DNA of 64,000 bases from Sulfurovaceae bacterium (GCA_028714675.1 JAQTLV010000005.1:3475-67474); one strand, 5' to 3'; positions 1 to 13,035 are shown, numbered from the stretch's first letter. Notes: a model not told the origin generated them from the letters alone. A program made the numbers and translations.

Positions 1-1
1 A

Positions 2-1482
<1,481 letters not shown>

Positions 1483-1484
1483 GA

Positions 1485-2228
1485 TTATCCTTTGGTGGAT
1501 TTTTGGGCAACCAATAGTGTAGATATGCCCATCGAAAATGATTTTGTATATTTTATATCAAAACCACTCTCTTTTAGCTCATCTTCAAGCATTTTTGTTG
1601 TTAAAAAACTCTCAATAGAATCTGGTAAATATCTATAAGCATCATAGTTTTTTGAAACAAGTCCACCAATGGCAGGAAGAATTTTTTTCATATAAAAATC
1701 AACGATTTTAGATATAAAACCACTTTTTTCTTGTTTTGTGAATTCTAAAATTACGACCATTCCGCTTTTCTTTAATACTCTATTAAATTCACTAAAGGCA
1801 CTTTTTCTATCCATAACATTTCTAATTCCATACGATATAGAAACTATCTCACAGCTTGCATCACTTAGCGGCATTGCTTGTGCTTGCCCCTCTATAAACT
1901 CAGCAAATTTGACTTTCTCTTTCGCAACTTCAAGCATTCCGCGCGAAGGATCAATGCCAACAAAACTATCTACTTTTATGCCTTTTTTTTCAGCTCTATC
2001 TTTCCAATAAAGAAGCAAATCGCCTGTACCGCAAGCAACATCTGCAATTTTAGAAATTTTATTAACCCCCAATATCTCAAATGCTTTATCGCAACCTTTC
2101 TTTCTCCATTGCTTATCTATGCCAAAACTCAAAACCCTATTTGCCAAATCATATGTTGGAGCAATATCGTCAAACATTCCAATTATTTTTTTCTGTTTTT
2201 CGTCTTTTGTCATATCTTTTTGCTCCAT
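1485..2228 (-). CDS. ubiE: demethylmenaquinone/ubiquinone methyltransferase
   Basis: 247-aa ORF with FDDIAPTYDLANRVLSFG and the SAM-binding motif DVACGTGDL, as in the UbiE/MenG family. Confidence 0.85.
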   Translation of the reverse strand: MEQKDMTKDEKQKKIIGMFDDIAPTYDLANRVLSFGIDKQWRKKGCDKAFEILGVNKISKIADVACGTGDLLLYWKDRAEKKGIKVDSFVGIDPSRGMLEVAKEKVKFAEFIEGQAQAMPLSDASCEIVSISYGIRNVMDRKSAFSEFNRVLKKSGMVVILEFTKQEKSGFISKIVDFYMKKILPAIGGLVSKNYDAYRYLPDSIESFLTTKMLEDELKESGFDIKYTKSFSMGISTLLVAQKSTKG

Positions 2229-3226
2229 ATTATAATATCCTCTTCCTTTTTATCTATATGTAATGTTTTAAGTCTCAAATCTGTATTGTATGATAACTTG
2301 TTGGCACTTAAAGTTGGTGCTTGATAAACCAAAAGCCAATCAATTTTGTCTCTTAAGGCTTCTAGCATTTCGCCCCCACCTTCAATCATTACAAGTGATG
2401 GAGTGCTTAAAAAATCGAGATTGTCGCCTATCTCAACACTTCTGTTTTCTACATTAAAAAGAGGAATGCTTTTATCTATCATCTTTTCATCTTTTGAATA
2501 TATAAATACATCAGGGGCTTTGCCATCAACTAATCTGCTATCTAGTATCGGTCTATCACTCCTAACTGTTGATCCGCCAATTAAAAGCTTGCTGCAAACA
2601 TTTCTGATGTCATGCATATGAGTTCTTGAAGGAAGTGAACTTATATTTTTGCCGCCTATGCGACCATTTAAACTTTGAGCTAATTTAAAAACAACAAAAG
2701 CACGATTTTGCCAAATAGTAAAAGGCTCAAGAAGTTCTTTGGCTTTGGCTTCTAAAATGCCAAGCTTGACATCAATACCAAGATTGCTAAGATATTCTGC
2801 TCCGCCACTATGCTCCATGATAGGATCTTTACATGCCACATAAACATCAGCTAAATTTAAATCTCCTAAAAGCATTGCACAAGATGGTGTTTTGCCTATA
2901 TGAGAACATGGCTCTAGAGTAACATATATAGAGCATTTTGAAAAAAAATCTTTTGGAAGGCTTCGTAGAAATTCATGTGAAGCAGATGAGTCGTTTTTAT
3001 CAAAACTAACTTTTTTACCACTTTTAGTTTCATAAGCAGAGACAAGAGCTAAAACTTCAGCGTGCGAACTTCCTGCTTTTTTGTGAGCTTCTATACTTAA
3101 AATTTTTCCATCTTCTACGACAACGGCACCTACTGCTGGATTTGGATATGTTAGGAGTTGATTTCCCCATGCCACATCAATGGCAATTTGCATAAAAAAT
3201 TGGTGAGTATTAGAGTCTGTTACCAT
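2210..3226 (-). CDS. ribD: bifunctional riboflavin biosynthesis deaminase/reductase
   Basis: 338-aa ORF with the cytidine-deaminase-type zinc motifs HAEVLAL and PCSHIGKTPSC, followed by a reductase-like C-terminal half. Confidence 0.85.
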   Translation of the reverse strand: MVTDSNTHQFFMQIAIDVAWGNQLLTYPNPAVGAVVVEDGKILSIEAHKKAGSSHAEVLALVSAYETKSGKKVSFDKNDSSASHEFLRSLPKDFFSKCSIYVTLEPCSHIGKTPSCAMLLGDLNLADVYVACKDPIMEHSGGAEYLSNLGIDVKLGILEAKAKELLEPFTIWQNRAFVVFKLAQSLNGRIGGKNISSLPSRTHMHDIRNVCSKLLIGGSTVRSDRPILDSRLVDGKAPDVFIYSKDEKMIDKSIPLFNVENRSVEIGDNLDFLSTPSLVMIEGGGEMLEALRDKIDWLLVYQAPTLSANKLSYNTDLRLKTLHIDKKEEDIIIWSKKI

Positions 3227-3657
3227 TCAAAATATGTACGAGCTTTATTGATTTGTGGATAAGTAAAAGTTTTTGTCTCGCCATCAACCTCTACTGTTAT
3301 CTCTTTTTCATTTGCGTCTTTTAGTAAACCTATGATTTGTCCCACTTCTGTAATTTTTAATTTTACTTTTTCGCCAATTGACTGCATGAAGTGCTTCGGA
3401 TTTATAAGTTTTCTCTCAATTCCTGGTGAGCTTACTTCTAATCTATATTCATTTTCAATAGGGGGATTTACATCTAAAAATGGTGATAATTCGCGTGATA
3501 TGTTAGCACAATCATCAAGATTGATACCACCTTGTTTTGTAATCATAACTCTAAAAATTGTTTCGTCAAATTCACTAACAACTTCTATATCATAAAGAGA
3601 TGCACCAAGACTTTGGACAACTTTTTCTATATTGTCATAAATATCATTTTTCATCAT
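3220..3657 (-). CDS. rimP: ribosome maturation factor RimP
   Basis: 145-aa ORF with an SSPGIERKL motif. It sits directly downstream of rbfA and overlaps it, as in the Campylobacter-type infB-rbfA-rimP cluster. Confidence 0.75.
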   Translation of the reverse strand: MMKNDIYDNIEKVVQSLGASLYDIEVVSEFDETIFRVMITKQGGINLDDCANISRELSPFLDVNPPIENEYRLEVSSPGIERKLINPKHFMQSIGEKVKLKITEVGQIIGLLKDANEKEITVEVDGETKTFTYPQINKARTYFEW

Positions 3658-4015
3658 CGGCCTTTATCTCTTTATGCATTTTTGCAAACAACTCTTCCAT
3701 TTTATTTATAACATCTAATTGTGTATCAAATTCAAAAGTAAAATATGGTGCTTTAAACCATCCTTCACTTTGTTTGCAATGATTTTGTATGTAAGATGAG
3801 AGTGAGTGTAATTTCTTTAAAATCACTTTTTGTTCATCTTCACTTATCATGGTTTTATCAAGATAAACTCTTGCATCACTTCTGCCTTTTGAGCATACAA
3901 CATCAGTAACATTAAGTGTGTTTACCATAGGATCATCCAAGCTTGCCAATGCACTTGGAATTATCTCTTTTAAAACCGATTCGACTCTATGTCGCTTTAT
4001 CTCTTCATGGGTCAT
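3644..4015 (-). CDS. rbfA: ribosome-binding factor A
   Basis: 123-aa ORF overlapping the infB stop by 4 nt. Size and position match RbfA. Confidence 0.75.
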   Translation of the reverse strand: MTHEEIKRHRVESVLKEIIPSALASLDDPMVNTLNVTDVVCSKGRSDARVYLDKTMISEDEQKVILKKLHSLSSYIQNHCKQSEGWFKAPYFTFEFDTQLDVINKMEELFAKMHKEIKADDEK

Positions 4016-6534
4016 AGTGACGCTTGTTCCTCTACGTTTTTAAATACTTCTATAGTATCTCCCGCTTGAATATCATTGAATCCATCAAGTATGATACCAC
4101 ACTCATATCCACTTTTTACTTCTCTTACATCATCGCTAAAGCGTTTGAGTGATGCAATCTTGCCTGTATATACTTCTTCTCCGTTTCTAAGAACTTTAGC
4201 CATACTTCCTCTTGTGATAACACCGTCATTAACCTTACATCCTGCAATTGTTCCGATTTTTGCAACAACAAATGTTTCTCTAACTTCAGCACTTCCAACT
4301 ATCTCTTCACTAATAATTGGACTCATCATTCCACCTAGCATATCTCTTACATCATCAAGTAGTGTATATATAATAGAGTATGTTCTAATATCAACACCAA
4401 GTTCTTTTGATTTTTGTTTTACGCTACTGTTTGGTTTTACATTAAAACCAAGTATTACTATTTTCTCACCTGCCCCAGCAAGTGCAACATCACTTTCGGT
4501 GATACTACCCACACCTTCATGGACTATATTTACTTTTACTTCTTCATTTCTTAGTTTTTCCAAACTAGATTTAATTGCATCAAGTGAGCCTTGAACATCT
4601 GTTTTTATGATTACAGGAAGTGCTTTTAGTTGACCTTCAGCAATTAGTGCCGACAAGTCATCCAAAGACGCTTTTGTTGAACGAGAGAGCTGTTTTGCTC
4701 TATCATATTCTGAAATTTTACCTGCAAGTTCTCTAACTTCTTTTTCACTATCCATAGCAATCATAATCTCACCAGCACTTGGTACTTCGCTAAGTCCAAC
4801 AATTGCTGCAGGAGTACTTGGTCCAATCTCTTTTACATTTACACCATTATCAAGTTTTATAGCTTTTATACGACCATATGTTTTGCCGACTATAACATTG
4901 TCGCCTATTCTAAGTGTTCCATCTTTAACTATAATATTTGCAACTGGTCCAAAACCTTTTTCAACAGAACTCTCTATAACTATAGCTTTAGCATTTCTTT
5001 TTGGGTCTGCTTTGAGTTCCATTATCTCAGCTTGAAGCAAAATAACATCTAGTAAATCTTCAATACCTAACCCTGTATGTGCTGAAACTGGAACAAATTC
5101 ATAACTTCCGCCCCAATCAATTGGTGTAATTCCAAGTTCAGCTAATCCAGCTTTTACCATATCTGGATTTGCAGCCTCTTTGTCCATTTTATTTATAGCT
5201 ACTATTATAGGCACGCCTGCTGCTTTTGCATGATTTATGGCCTCTTTTGTTTGAGGCATAACACCATCATCTGCAGCAACCACAATGATAACTATATCGG
5301 TTGCTTGTGCTCCACGCGATCTCATTTCAGTAAATGCTTCATGCCCTGGAGTATCAATAAATGTAATTTTTTTACCATTTTTTTCAATCTGATAAGCACC
5401 TACATGCTGGGTGATTCCGCCTGCTTCTCTAGAAGCCACCTTGGATGATCTAATTTTATCAAGAAGTGAAGTTTTACCATGGTCTACATGCCCCATGATT
5501 GTTATAACTGGTGGTCTCTCTATTAGTTCAACATCTTCTTTACTATCATAAACACTAACATAGTCAAGTGCATCGAGTGGGTTTATGGTTGTTACTTGAA
5601 CTTCAAATTCATCTGAAAGTATTTCAATAGAGTCTTTATCAAGAAAGTCATTTTTGGTAACCATAGTCCCCAAAGAAAACAATACCTTTACAACTTCTCC
5701 AACGCTTTTTCCAATCTTTTCGGCAAACTCATATACACGAACATTTTCAGGAATTTCTATAGATGTAACCTTCTCTGATGTTTCTTCTATTTTTGTGTAT
5801 CTTTTTCTTTTTCTTCCACCACGACTTAGTCCACCTTGTTGATGATTAAGCGCTTTTGAAAAGATAGTTGGTCTTTTATCTTGTTCTTCTTTTCTTCTTT
5901 GGTCTTGTCTCTTCATCTCTTCATATATATTTTTATCAGAAAAATCGAGTAATACAACTTCTTCTTCATCATAAAGTTCAAAACCATTGCCCATAAATTC
6001 TCTATCATTTATCTCTACTTTGGAGCCACTTTCTTTTTGAACAATAGGTTTTTTATTGACTTTTTTCTTTTTAGCTGCCGATTCTTCTAAAGTTTCTATT
6101 TTTTGTTTTTGGGCGACAGGAACACTTTTTTGTCTTACTATAGTCATGCCAGCCAATATATCAGAATCTTTTTTCTCTATAGTTTTTATATTTGATTTAG
6201 AGGTTACCTTAATGCTTTTTTTAGTAGTCTCTTTAGGAGCTTCTTCCTCAGAAATATCTTCTATAATATCGTTTTTTATATCTTCTTCTTTTGGTTTAGT
6301 CTCTTTATCTTTAACTACTTCTTTTTGTTTTTTTTGTTCTTTCTCTGGTTTGTTAAAACCACTAGGCAATTCGCCAGTTACAATATAATTAAACAAAACT
6401 TCTGCATTTTCCATACTAATAGAGCTAGAAGCCACCTTAACATTAAAACCTAACTCATTTGCCTTATCTAAAACCTCCGAATTGGATAGCCCAGCCTCTT
6501 CAGCAACATCTTGGATTTTTACTTTATCCATCAA
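4012..6534 (-). CDS. infB: translation initiation factor IF-2
   Basis: 840-aa ORF with GTPase motifs [20 protein letters not shown] and NKMD, and a Lys/Glu-rich N-terminal region. Confidence 0.97.
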   Translation of the reverse strand: MMDKVKIQDVAEEAGLSNSEVLDKANELGFNVKVASSSISMENAEVLFNYIVTGELPSGFNKPEKEQKKQKEVVKDKETKPKEEDIKNDIIEDISEEEAPKETTKKSIKVTSKSNIKTIEKKDSDILAGMTIVRQKSVPVAQKQKIETLEESAAKKKKVNKKPIVQKESGSKVEINDREFMGNGFELYDEEEVVLLDFSDKNIYEEMKRQDQRRKEEQDKRPTIFSKALNHQQGGLSRGGRKRKRYTKIEETSEKVTSIEIPENVRVYEFAEKIGKSVGEVVKVLFSLGTMVTKNDFLDKDSIEILSDEFEVQVTTINPLDALDYVSVYDSKEDVELIERPPVITIMGHVDHGKTSLLDKIRSSKVASREAGGITQHVGAYQIEKNGKKITFIDTPGHEAFTEMRSRGAQATDIVIIVVAADDGVMPQTKEAINHAKAAGVPIIVAINKMDKEAANPDMVKAGLAELGITPIDWGGSYEFVPVSAHTGLGIEDLLDVILLQAEIMELKADPKRNAKAIVIESSVEKGFGPVANIIVKDGTLRIGDNVIVGKTYGRIKAIKLDNGVNVKEIGPSTPAAIVGLSEVPSAGEIMIAMDSEKEVRELAGKISEYDRAKQLSRSTKASLDDLSALIAEGQLKALPVIIKTDVQGSLDAIKSSLEKLRNEEVKVNIVHEGVGSITESDVALAGAGEKIVILGFNVKPNSSVKQKSKELGVDIRTYSIIYTLLDDVRDMLGGMMSPIISEEIVGSAEVRETFVVAKIGTIAGCKVNDGVITRGSMAKVLRNGEEVYTGKIASLKRFSDDVREVKSGYECGIILDGFNDIQAGDTIEVFKNVEEQASL

Positions 6535-6760
6535 TCTCCTTTAATAACTTTTCAAAAATTTCACTGTTCACTTTAAAACGTTTTCCCAAACCTACTCTTT
6601 TTTTAACATCACCCATACAAGAATGACACACATAAAAACTTCTTCCATATCCTTGAAATAAAAATATATTATCTTCTTTGTGCTGAAGTCTTATGAGAAT
6701 ATCTTGAAAACCCCTTTGTCTACAAACTATACACATTCTGATTGGTTTTCTTTTTAACAT
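6524..6760 (-). CDS. YlxR/DUF448-like RNA-binding protein
   Basis: 78-aa ORF overlapping the infB start. It has the RMCIVCRQ...LIRL signature of the YlxR family and sits immediately upstream of infB. Confidence 0.7.
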   Translation of the reverse strand: MLKRKPIRMCIVCRQRGFQDILIRLQHKEDNIFLFQGYGRSFYVCHSCMGDVKKRVGLGKRFKVNSEIFEKLLKEIDG

Positions 6761-6781
6761 GTCATTATACCCAAAAAGTGT

Positions 6782-7663
6782 TTAACTCTTCACCAATACG
6801 CCATGATTATCTAAATTGCAAGTAATTACTCTAAAGCCTGAAAACTTATTTTCCAGTATTTGAGAAAGTTTTTGACTATCATCTTGATAACAAAGAGAAA
6901 AAAATGTTGAACCGCTACCCGAAAGTGTACTCATCAAAGCACCATTACTTAATGCTGTTTTTTGAACATCAAAAAGTTCTGGCATCATTTTCATTCTTCT
7001 AGTTTGATGTAGTTTGTCTTTAGATGCAATTTTTAGCAAATCCCAAGACTCTGTCATGAAAAGTGCAGTCATATATGCTGAGTGAGAAAGAGAATAAATA
7101 GTTTCATCCTTTGAATATACTTTTGGTAATGTTGTGCGAGATCTAGCTGTACTTATAGTTCTATTTGGAACAACCAAAACCGCTCTAAGATAATCTGGCA
7201 ATCTCCTTTTTTTACTATAAACTTTATCATCTTCAACACATGCTACATTAAACCCGCCCATAACAGCTGGTGTAATATTATCTGGATGTCTTTCATATGT
7301 AAGTGCTAGATTTAGAATTTCTCTTTTTGTATAGTGAACTTCAGCAGCAACATAAGCTGATGCGATAGCTGCAACAATAACGGCAGACGAACTTCCAAGT
7401 CCACGAGATATTGGTATGCGATTTGTAAACTCAAATCTAAAATTGTCTTCTCTGCCAGATAATCTTTTGTAATGGGTATTAAAAATATCCAAAAACAATT
7501 GATTTTTTCTAATTTTAATATTCCCAGCGCCTTCTCCATTGGTAGATAGGCTCAGAAAATTTGATGGCTTAATCAAAATTTCATTTCTCAAATCAATGGA
7601 AAGCCCTAATGAATCAAAACCAGGACCTAAGTTTGCACTTGTTGCAGGAACGCTTATTATCAA
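6782..7663 (-). CDS. thrB: homoserine kinase
   Basis: 293-aa ORF with N-terminal [16 protein letters not shown] and the GHMP-kinase motif [11 protein letters not shown]. Confidence 0.92.
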   Translation of the reverse strand: MIISVPATSANLGPGFDSLGLSIDLRNEILIKPSNFLSLSTNGEGAGNIKIRKNQLFLDIFNTHYKRLSGREDNFRFEFTNRIPISRGLGSSSAVIVAAIASAYVAAEVHYTKREILNLALTYERHPDNITPAVMGGFNVACVEDDKVYSKKRRLPDYLRAVLVVPNRTISTARSRTTLPKVYSKDETIYSLSHSAYMTALFMTESWDLLKIASKDKLHQTRRMKMMPELFDVQKTALSNGALMSTLSGSGSTFFSLCYQDDSQKLSQILENKFSGFRVITCNLDNHGVLVKS

Positions 7664-7673
7664 TCAATAACCT

Positions 7674-8141
7674 TTAAACAGCTGGCAAAATATGTATTGG
7701 TTTCTCATTTTCTTCTAACCTAATCATTTTAAGATTCTTTGGCAATAAAAAAGAGTTATTTTGCTCTAGCTCTAATTTTTTTATAATTATATTCTCTTTT
7801 TCTTTGATAAAGTATAGATTACCAAGTGCTTTTATGGGTAAATTGTTATTGCACTCGAAACCAAGAGTTCCTTTGCATTTTATATTTTTTGTTATTTCTA
7901 TAGTTTTTACTATAATATATGCTAACTTAGTGCCCATGTGGCTACCTGGTCCACTAGTATAAATAATGGAATTTATCTCATACTTTTCTATGAGTGGTAC
8001 CAACAATTCCAATAGGGAATCTGATACTTTTTCATTACTCTCAAATGTTTCTATCAACTCTTCATTCTCATACAGACCAACCAAAAATGGTGAAGCCAAT
8101 GATATGATTAGAATGTCATGCTGTTGCGAAGCTTTTTTCAA
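7674..8141 (-). CDS. tsaB: tRNA t6A-modification protein TsaB-like (short form)
   Basis: 155-aa ORF. SGPGSHMGTKLAYIIVKTIE resembles the GPGSFTG.RIG motif of TsaB/YeaZ, but the protein is shorter than the classical form. Confidence 0.55.
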   Translation of the reverse strand: MKKASQQHDILIISLASPFLVGLYENEELIETFESNEKVSDSLLELLVPLIEKYEINSIIYTSGPGSHMGTKLAYIIVKTIEITKNIKCKGTLGFECNNNLPIKALGNLYFIKEKENIIIKKLELEQNNSFLLPKNLKMIRLEENEKPIHILPAV

Positions 8142-9006
8142 ACTCTCTACTTTCCAATGCTTCGACTGATACTATTTCATAACTATCACTATGTTCTTTT
8201 AATTTTGCGATTAGCTGTGAATTTAACTTGTGGCTTCCAGCGAATGACTCATACGCCCCAAGGACCGAACATCCTCCAACCATCATATCTCCCATAGCAT
8301 CAAGTATCTTGTGTCTTACAAATTCATTATCAAATCTAAGACCTTCAGGATTTAATATCTTATGATCATCAAGTCCAATGGCATTTTGTAGATTTGCACC
8401 AAGAGCTAAATTTTTACTTTGTAGATATTGTATATCTTTTGCGAAACCAAAAGTTCTAGCTCTAGCAATTTGCTCAACAAAGTTTTTAGTGCTTAGTGTA
8501 AAAGAGTATGATTGTTCGGAAATTGCTGGATGATCAAAAAATATTTTAAAATCAAATGTTGCTTTTTCGCTTGGCTTAAAACGAACGAATTTATCTCCAT
8601 CTTTTACCTCTATAGGCTTTAAAATTCTTAGGATTTTCTTTGGAGTATCTTGTGTAAGTATGCCTGCTTCATCAAGCAGTAAACAAAATGATATTGCAGA
8701 TCCATCCATAATAGGCATTTCATTGCCATCGACCACAACTCTTAGATTATCTATCCCATAAGCATAGATAGCTGATAAAAAATGTTCTATCGTTGATATA
8801 AAACCTTTTTCATTTCCTATAACTGTTGCCATCTGAGTATCAACAACACTTGATGGTGCAAGAGGTATAGTCAAACCTAAATCTTCTCTATAAAAAACTA
8901 TACCACTATCTGGTTCCAATGGTTCAAGTCTTAGCTTGATAGGTTCACCCTTGTGTAATCCTATACCAACAGCTTCAACTGGTTTTTTGATAGTTCTTTG
9001 TTGCAT
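8116..9006 (-). CDS. lpxC: UDP-3-O-acyl-N-acetylglucosamine deacetylase
   Basis: MQQRTIKKPVEAVGIGLHKGEPIKLRLEP aligns with the canonical LpxC N-terminus. I prefer the ATG at 9006 to the upstream TTG at 9021 used in the ORF track. Confidence 0.93.
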   Translation of the reverse strand: MQQRTIKKPVEAVGIGLHKGEPIKLRLEPLEPDSGIVFYREDLGLTIPLAPSSVVDTQMATVIGNEKGFISTIEHFLSAIYAYGIDNLRVVVDGNEMPIMDGSAISFCLLLDEAGILTQDTPKKILRILKPIEVKDGDKFVRFKPSEKATFDFKIFFDHPAISEQSYSFTLSTKNFVEQIARARTFGFAKDIQYLQSKNLALGANLQNAIGLDDHKILNPEGLRFDNEFVRHKILDAMGDMMVGGCSVLGAYESFAGSHKLNSQLIAKLKEHSDSYEIVSVEALESREFEKSFATA

Positions 9007-9107
9007 TCTACCCACTTTCAAATTTTGTATATTATACTATATAAAATTATATTTTTTTTTAATTAAATAAATTTAATATGTATATAAATAATATGTTAAA
9101 ATAAATT

Positions 9108-10094
9108 ATGAGAAAAATATTAATATATACATTGGTACTATTATTTGCAACTGGGTGCATAGAGATAGTACCTCAAGAAGTACATCAAGATATAAAAATA
9201 TCAAACAATGGTGATGTTTCTGTAACCTATGAAGGAACATTTATGGATCTTTATGATGTTTTGGTAGCAATGGAAAATGAAAAAAAAGGTTCTGAAAAGC
9301 TGCCAAGTATTAGCGAGTATCAAAAATCGACTATAAAAATGTTAAAACAAAGCAAATTTAATAAAAAAGCATACAATATAGCTCCACATAAATATTATGC
9401 AAAATGGCAAGAAGATGCAAATATACATCATCCTACGCCTTATCTAGATAATAAACCATATCTTTTACATTATGATAGTGATTTAAAAATACCAAAACCG
9501 ATAACACTAAATAGTATGCAAAATTTATCAGATAGTGCATTTTCTTTTACATATGATGAGATGAAAGATTTTAAAGAATCTGATGTGAAAAAAGACTCTA
9601 ATGATTGGATGACACCTTTGATAAAAAAATATGCATCAGGCTACAAGGCAAAAGTAAGTATAGAGATAGATAGCGATTTGGTACTAAAATCAAATGCAAC
9701 TACTATGACAAAACTTTCAAATGGCATGAGTCTATATGAGTGGCCTGATATAAAATTTGAAGATAAAGATTCAAAGGTAGATTTTGTATTTAGCTTTGAT
9801 TCTATGGATAGAGAGAGATATAAATTAGCAAGTGCACCAACAGGGACATCATGTAAATCTCTTATAGGAACTGATTGTAAATGTGGTCCATTTTCACTCT
9901 ATAGTTACGATGGAAGTCCTCTTTCTTATAGAGGATATATTATCAAAAGTAATAATATTACAAAGAAAGGTTGTAGTGATGAAAAAGGAAATGTGCCATC
10001 AATAACATCAAAGGTTACTGGTATGTGTACCATAACTATGTTAACAGAAAAAGAATCTTCTAAGTTATGTGGCAACAAAAAACTCAAACATTAG
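9108..10094 (+). CDS. hypothetical lipoprotein with Cys-rich C-terminus
   Basis: 328-aa ORF with a signal peptide and lipobox (LLFATGC). The C-terminal ~90 aa contain 7 Cys. I recognise no family. Confidence 0.6.
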   Translation: MRKILIYTLVLLFATGCIEIVPQEVHQDIKISNNGDVSVTYEGTFMDLYDVLVAMENEKKGSEKLPSISEYQKSTIKMLKQSKFNKKAYNIAPHKYYAKWQEDANIHHPTPYLDNKPYLLHYDSDLKIPKPITLNSMQNLSDSAFSFTYDEMKDFKESDVKKDSNDWMTPLIKKYASGYKAKVSIEIDSDLVLKSNATTMTKLSNGMSLYEWPDIKFEDKDSKVDFVFSFDSMDRERYKLASAPTGTSCKSLIGTDCKCGPFSLYSYDGSPLSYRGYIIKSNNITKKGCSDEKGNVPSITSKVTGMCTITMLTEKESSKLCGNKKLKH

Positions 10095-10115
10095 TTTATG
10101 AGTTTTTTATTTTCT

Positions 10116-10937
10116 TCAAGCTTCTATCTTCATAGATAAATCTATCCAATTTGCCTGATGAATGATGCTTCCAGTAGAAATAGCATCAACACCACATTTG
10201 GCAATATCGCCTATAGTGTCAAGCGTAACATTTCCGCTTGCTTCTAGCAACACATGTGGATATTTACTATTCCTAAAGCTAACTACTTCTTTCATTTGAT
10301 CTATTGTCATATTATCGCACATAACTATATCTGCTCCTACTTCCATAGCCCTTTTAGCAAAATCAACACTCTCAGATTCTATCTCTATTGCAGTAGTAAA
10401 AGGTATATGTTTTCTAGCTTCTTTTATATATTGTGACAAATCATCTATGGTTGCCAAATGAGTATCTTTAAGCATAAGTGCATCATCAAGTCCCATACGA
10501 TGATTTATCCCGCCACCACATCTAACAGCATACTTTTCAAAAATACGAAGCATGGGACGAGTTTTACGAGTATCGAGTAATTTAACTTTTGTCCCATATA
10601 GTGCTTTTGCATATTTGGAAGTCAAAGTAGCAATAGAGCTTGCATGTAAAATTATATTTAAAATTGATCTCTCTAAAGCTAAAATAGTTTTACTCTCACC
10701 TCTGATAAACAAAAGTTTTTCGCCAACAAAAAATTCTTTACCATCTTCTGCAAGCCACTCTATTGTTATAGGATATAATTCAGCAAAAACATCAACATAT
10801 TCTCTACCAGCAAAAACACCATTGCTTTTTGCCAATATATAACCTTCTACATTTTTAGACTCTCCAAAAAAACCAAACAAATCGCCTCTGCCTATATCTT
10901 CAGCTACTACTGATCTAATAAATGACTCTTTATGCAT
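10116..10937 (-). CDS. nadC: nicotinate-nucleotide pyrophosphorylase (quinolinate phosphoribosyltransferase)
   Basis: 273-aa ORF with LLDTRKTRP...EKYAVRCGGGINHRMGLDDALMLKDTH, typical of NadC. It is adjacent to nadA. Confidence 0.92.
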   Translation of the reverse strand: MHKESFIRSVVAEDIGRGDLFGFFGESKNVEGYILAKSNGVFAGREYVDVFAELYPITIEWLAEDGKEFFVGEKLLFIRGESKTILALERSILNIILHASSIATLTSKYAKALYGTKVKLLDTRKTRPMLRIFEKYAVRCGGGINHRMGLDDALMLKDTHLATIDDLSQYIKEARKHIPFTTAIEIESESVDFAKRAMEVGADIVMCDNMTIDQMKEVVSFRNSKYPHVLLEASGNVTLDTIGDIAKCGVDAISTGSIIHQANWIDLSMKIEA

Positions 10938-10946
10938 CTTGCTACC

Positions 10947-11936
10947 TCACACAATTTCTAGCATTCTGTCGAGTGCTAATTTGGCATACTTTATAGTATG
11001 CTCATCTACAAATATTTCATTAATTGGCTTGCCATCTTCTATAGATTTGAGAGTATTGTACAAATCTTCCAAAGTAGTTTCGTTCATGGTTGGACACTCT
11101 GGTTTGGTAGATGAAAGCACATAAGTGTTTTTATCTCTCATGCGATTTACTAAATTATACTCTGTTCCAACTGCTACTTTTTGATTTATATCCAGTTCGT
11201 TTACATATTTTATAAGTTGCGATGTAGAACCAATAAAATCCGCCTTTGCAACAACCGATGGATCACACTCTGGGTGTACTGCTATTTTTATATCTGGATA
11301 TTTAGAACGATAAAAATCTATATCCTTTGTAGTGAATAATTGATGAACCGAACAAAAGCCATTATAACAAATAACATCAGCCTCTCTAGGATCACATTCT
11401 CCTATTCCTATGACACAGGATTTAAGTCCCATTTGATTTGCAAAATTTTGCCCCAAACAACGATCTGGAACAAATAATATTTTCTTACCGCTCTCTAGTC
11501 CCTTTTGTATAATTTTATATGCATTTGCACTTGTACAAACTATACCGCCCATCTCACCAACTTTTGCTTTGACACTTGCATCGGAATTAATATATGTGAT
11601 AGGCAAAATATCTTCTTTTTTTATCCCATGCTTTTGCATATATTCTACATTTTCATCAAAATATGTTCCATCTATCATTTTTGCCATTGCACAACATGCA
11701 ATACGCGGCATAAGAACTCTTTTATTTGGTGATATAACTTTTACACTTTGCCCCATAAACCCAACACCGCAAAACACAATCCACTCATTTGAATCATTTT
11801 GACATTTTCTAGCAAGCTCAAGTGAGTCGCCAACAATATCTGCTATGTCAAATACTTCATCCCTTTGATAATAATGTGCAACAACCGTTACATTTAGCTC
11901 TTTTTTAAGCCTATTGATTTCGGTTTTATAATCCAT
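10947..11936 (-). CDS. nadA: quinolinate synthase A
   Basis: 329-aa ORF with VVAHYYQ and the conserved Cys residues and length of NadA. It forms a nadA-nadC pair. Confidence 0.92.
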   Translation of the reverse strand: MDYKTEINRLKKELNVTVVAHYYQRDEVFDIADIVGDSLELARKCQNDSNEWIVFCGVGFMGQSVKVISPNKRVLMPRIACCAMAKMIDGTYFDENVEYMQKHGIKKEDILPITYINSDASVKAKVGEMGGIVCTSANAYKIIQKGLESGKKILFVPDRCLGQNFANQMGLKSCVIGIGECDPREADVICYNGFCSVHQLFTTKDIDFYRSKYPDIKIAVHPECDPSVVAKADFIGSTSQLIKYVNELDINQKVAVGTEYNLVNRMRDKNTYVLSSTKPECPTMNETTLEDLYNTLKSIEDGKPINEIFVDEHTIKYAKLALDRMLEIV

Positions 11937-12029
11937 ATTTTACCTTTTTGTAATACTATTGATAGTTGAATTAGGCAATTTTATCAAAATTCGGATAAAA
12001 TTAGGCTCTATTTTTGAACAGGGGATTTT

Positions 12030-12641
12030 ATGGACTTTATAAATATCAATATCTTTTTTTATATCTTGGCTTATCTTGTTGGTGGTATTCCTTTTGGATA
12101 TATTTTGGCCAAAAAATTTGCAGGAGTTGATGTAAAAAACTCTGGAAGTGGAAATATAGGTGCTACAAATGTACTTAGAGTTGTAAAAGAAACAAATCCT
12201 GCACTTGCTAAAAAACTAGGAATTGCTACACTCGCCCTTGATGCATTTAAAGGTGCTTTGATAATATTAATTGCAATAGCACTTGGATTAAAAACTGATA
12301 TTTTGTGGACAATAGCAGTTTTAAGTGTTTTAGGACACTGTTTTTCTCCTTATCTAAATTTTGAAGGTGGCAAAGGTGTAGCGACTGCGGCTGGAGTTTT
12401 GGCTATTTTGCTTCCATTACCAACTATTGTTGCTTTAGTTTTTTGGTTTATTTCGGCAAAAGTTTTAAAAATCTCATCTCTTTCATCGCTGATTGCATTA
12501 TCTGCATTATTGTTAGCAAGTTACATTATAACTCCAAATATAGCACATGCACCACTTTGGATAATTGCATGGATAGTATTTTATAAACATATACCAAATA
12601 TAAAAAGAATATTCACCAAAGAAGAAGGTCAAGTCATATAA
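12030..12641 (+). CDS. plsY: glycerol-3-phosphate acyltransferase PlsY
   Basis: 203-aa polytopic membrane ORF with the GSGNIGATNV motif. Confidence 0.92.
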   Translation: MDFININIFFYILAYLVGGIPFGYILAKKFAGVDVKNSGSGNIGATNVLRVVKETNPALAKKLGIATLALDAFKGALIILIAIALGLKTDILWTIAVLSVLGHCFSPYLNFEGGKGVATAAGVLAILLPLPTIVALVFWFISAKVLKISSLSSLIALSALLLASYIITPNIAHAPLWIIAWIVFYKHIPNIKRIFTKEEGQVI

Positions 12642-12967
12642 TGACTATACACATAGAAAATCTCTCAATTCAAGCCATTATTGGTATATTGGATTTTGAG
12701 AGAGAAAAAACACAAAACATAATTATAGACTTAGAGATTGGTTATGAATATAACAAAAATGTATTTTTAGATTATGCCGATATTGTTGAAAGTATAACGG
12801 ATGATATCAAAACAAAAAAATATGGCTTGCTAGAAGATGCTATTGTAGCATTAAAATATATGCTGATTTCAAAATATCCTCAAATAAAAACACTATATAT
12901 AAAACTCTCAAAACCAGATATTTTAAAGAATTGTCGTGTTAGTCTAAGTAAAACTTGGAATTTTTGA
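12641..12967 (+). CDS. folB: dihydroneopterin aldolase
   Basis: 108-aa ORF. IENLSIQAIIGILDFEREKTQNIIIDLEI matches the FolB N-terminal pattern. Its ATG overlaps the plsY stop. Confidence 0.7.
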   Translation: MTIHIENLSIQAIIGILDFEREKTQNIIIDLEIGYEYNKNVFLDYADIVESITDDIKTKKYGLLEDAIVALKYMLISKYPQIKTLYIKLSKPDILKNCRVSLSKTWNF

Positions 12968-13035
12968 AAAAAGTATTGCATTAGTTAAAAATTTTGATAT
13001 AATTAAACAAAACTTAAACGCACAAGGAAATGTGT

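Noticed and set aside
4012-6534. The Lys/Glu-rich low-complexity region in the N-terminal third of infB, considered as a possible insertion or repeat.
   Set aside because: Charged, variable N-terminal domains are a normal feature of bacterial IF-2.
7312-7539. Same-strand nested ORFs in alternative frames: 7312..7539 inside thrB and 24515..24718 inside mfd.
   Set aside because: They are embedded in conserved genes, have no start context, and I recognise no family. They are most likely chance open frames.
9051-9060. A T9 homopolymer in the divergent lpxC/lipoprotein promoter region, considered as a phase-variation tract.
   Set aside because: A/T runs of this length are frequent throughout this AT-rich sequence, and nothing distinguishes this one.
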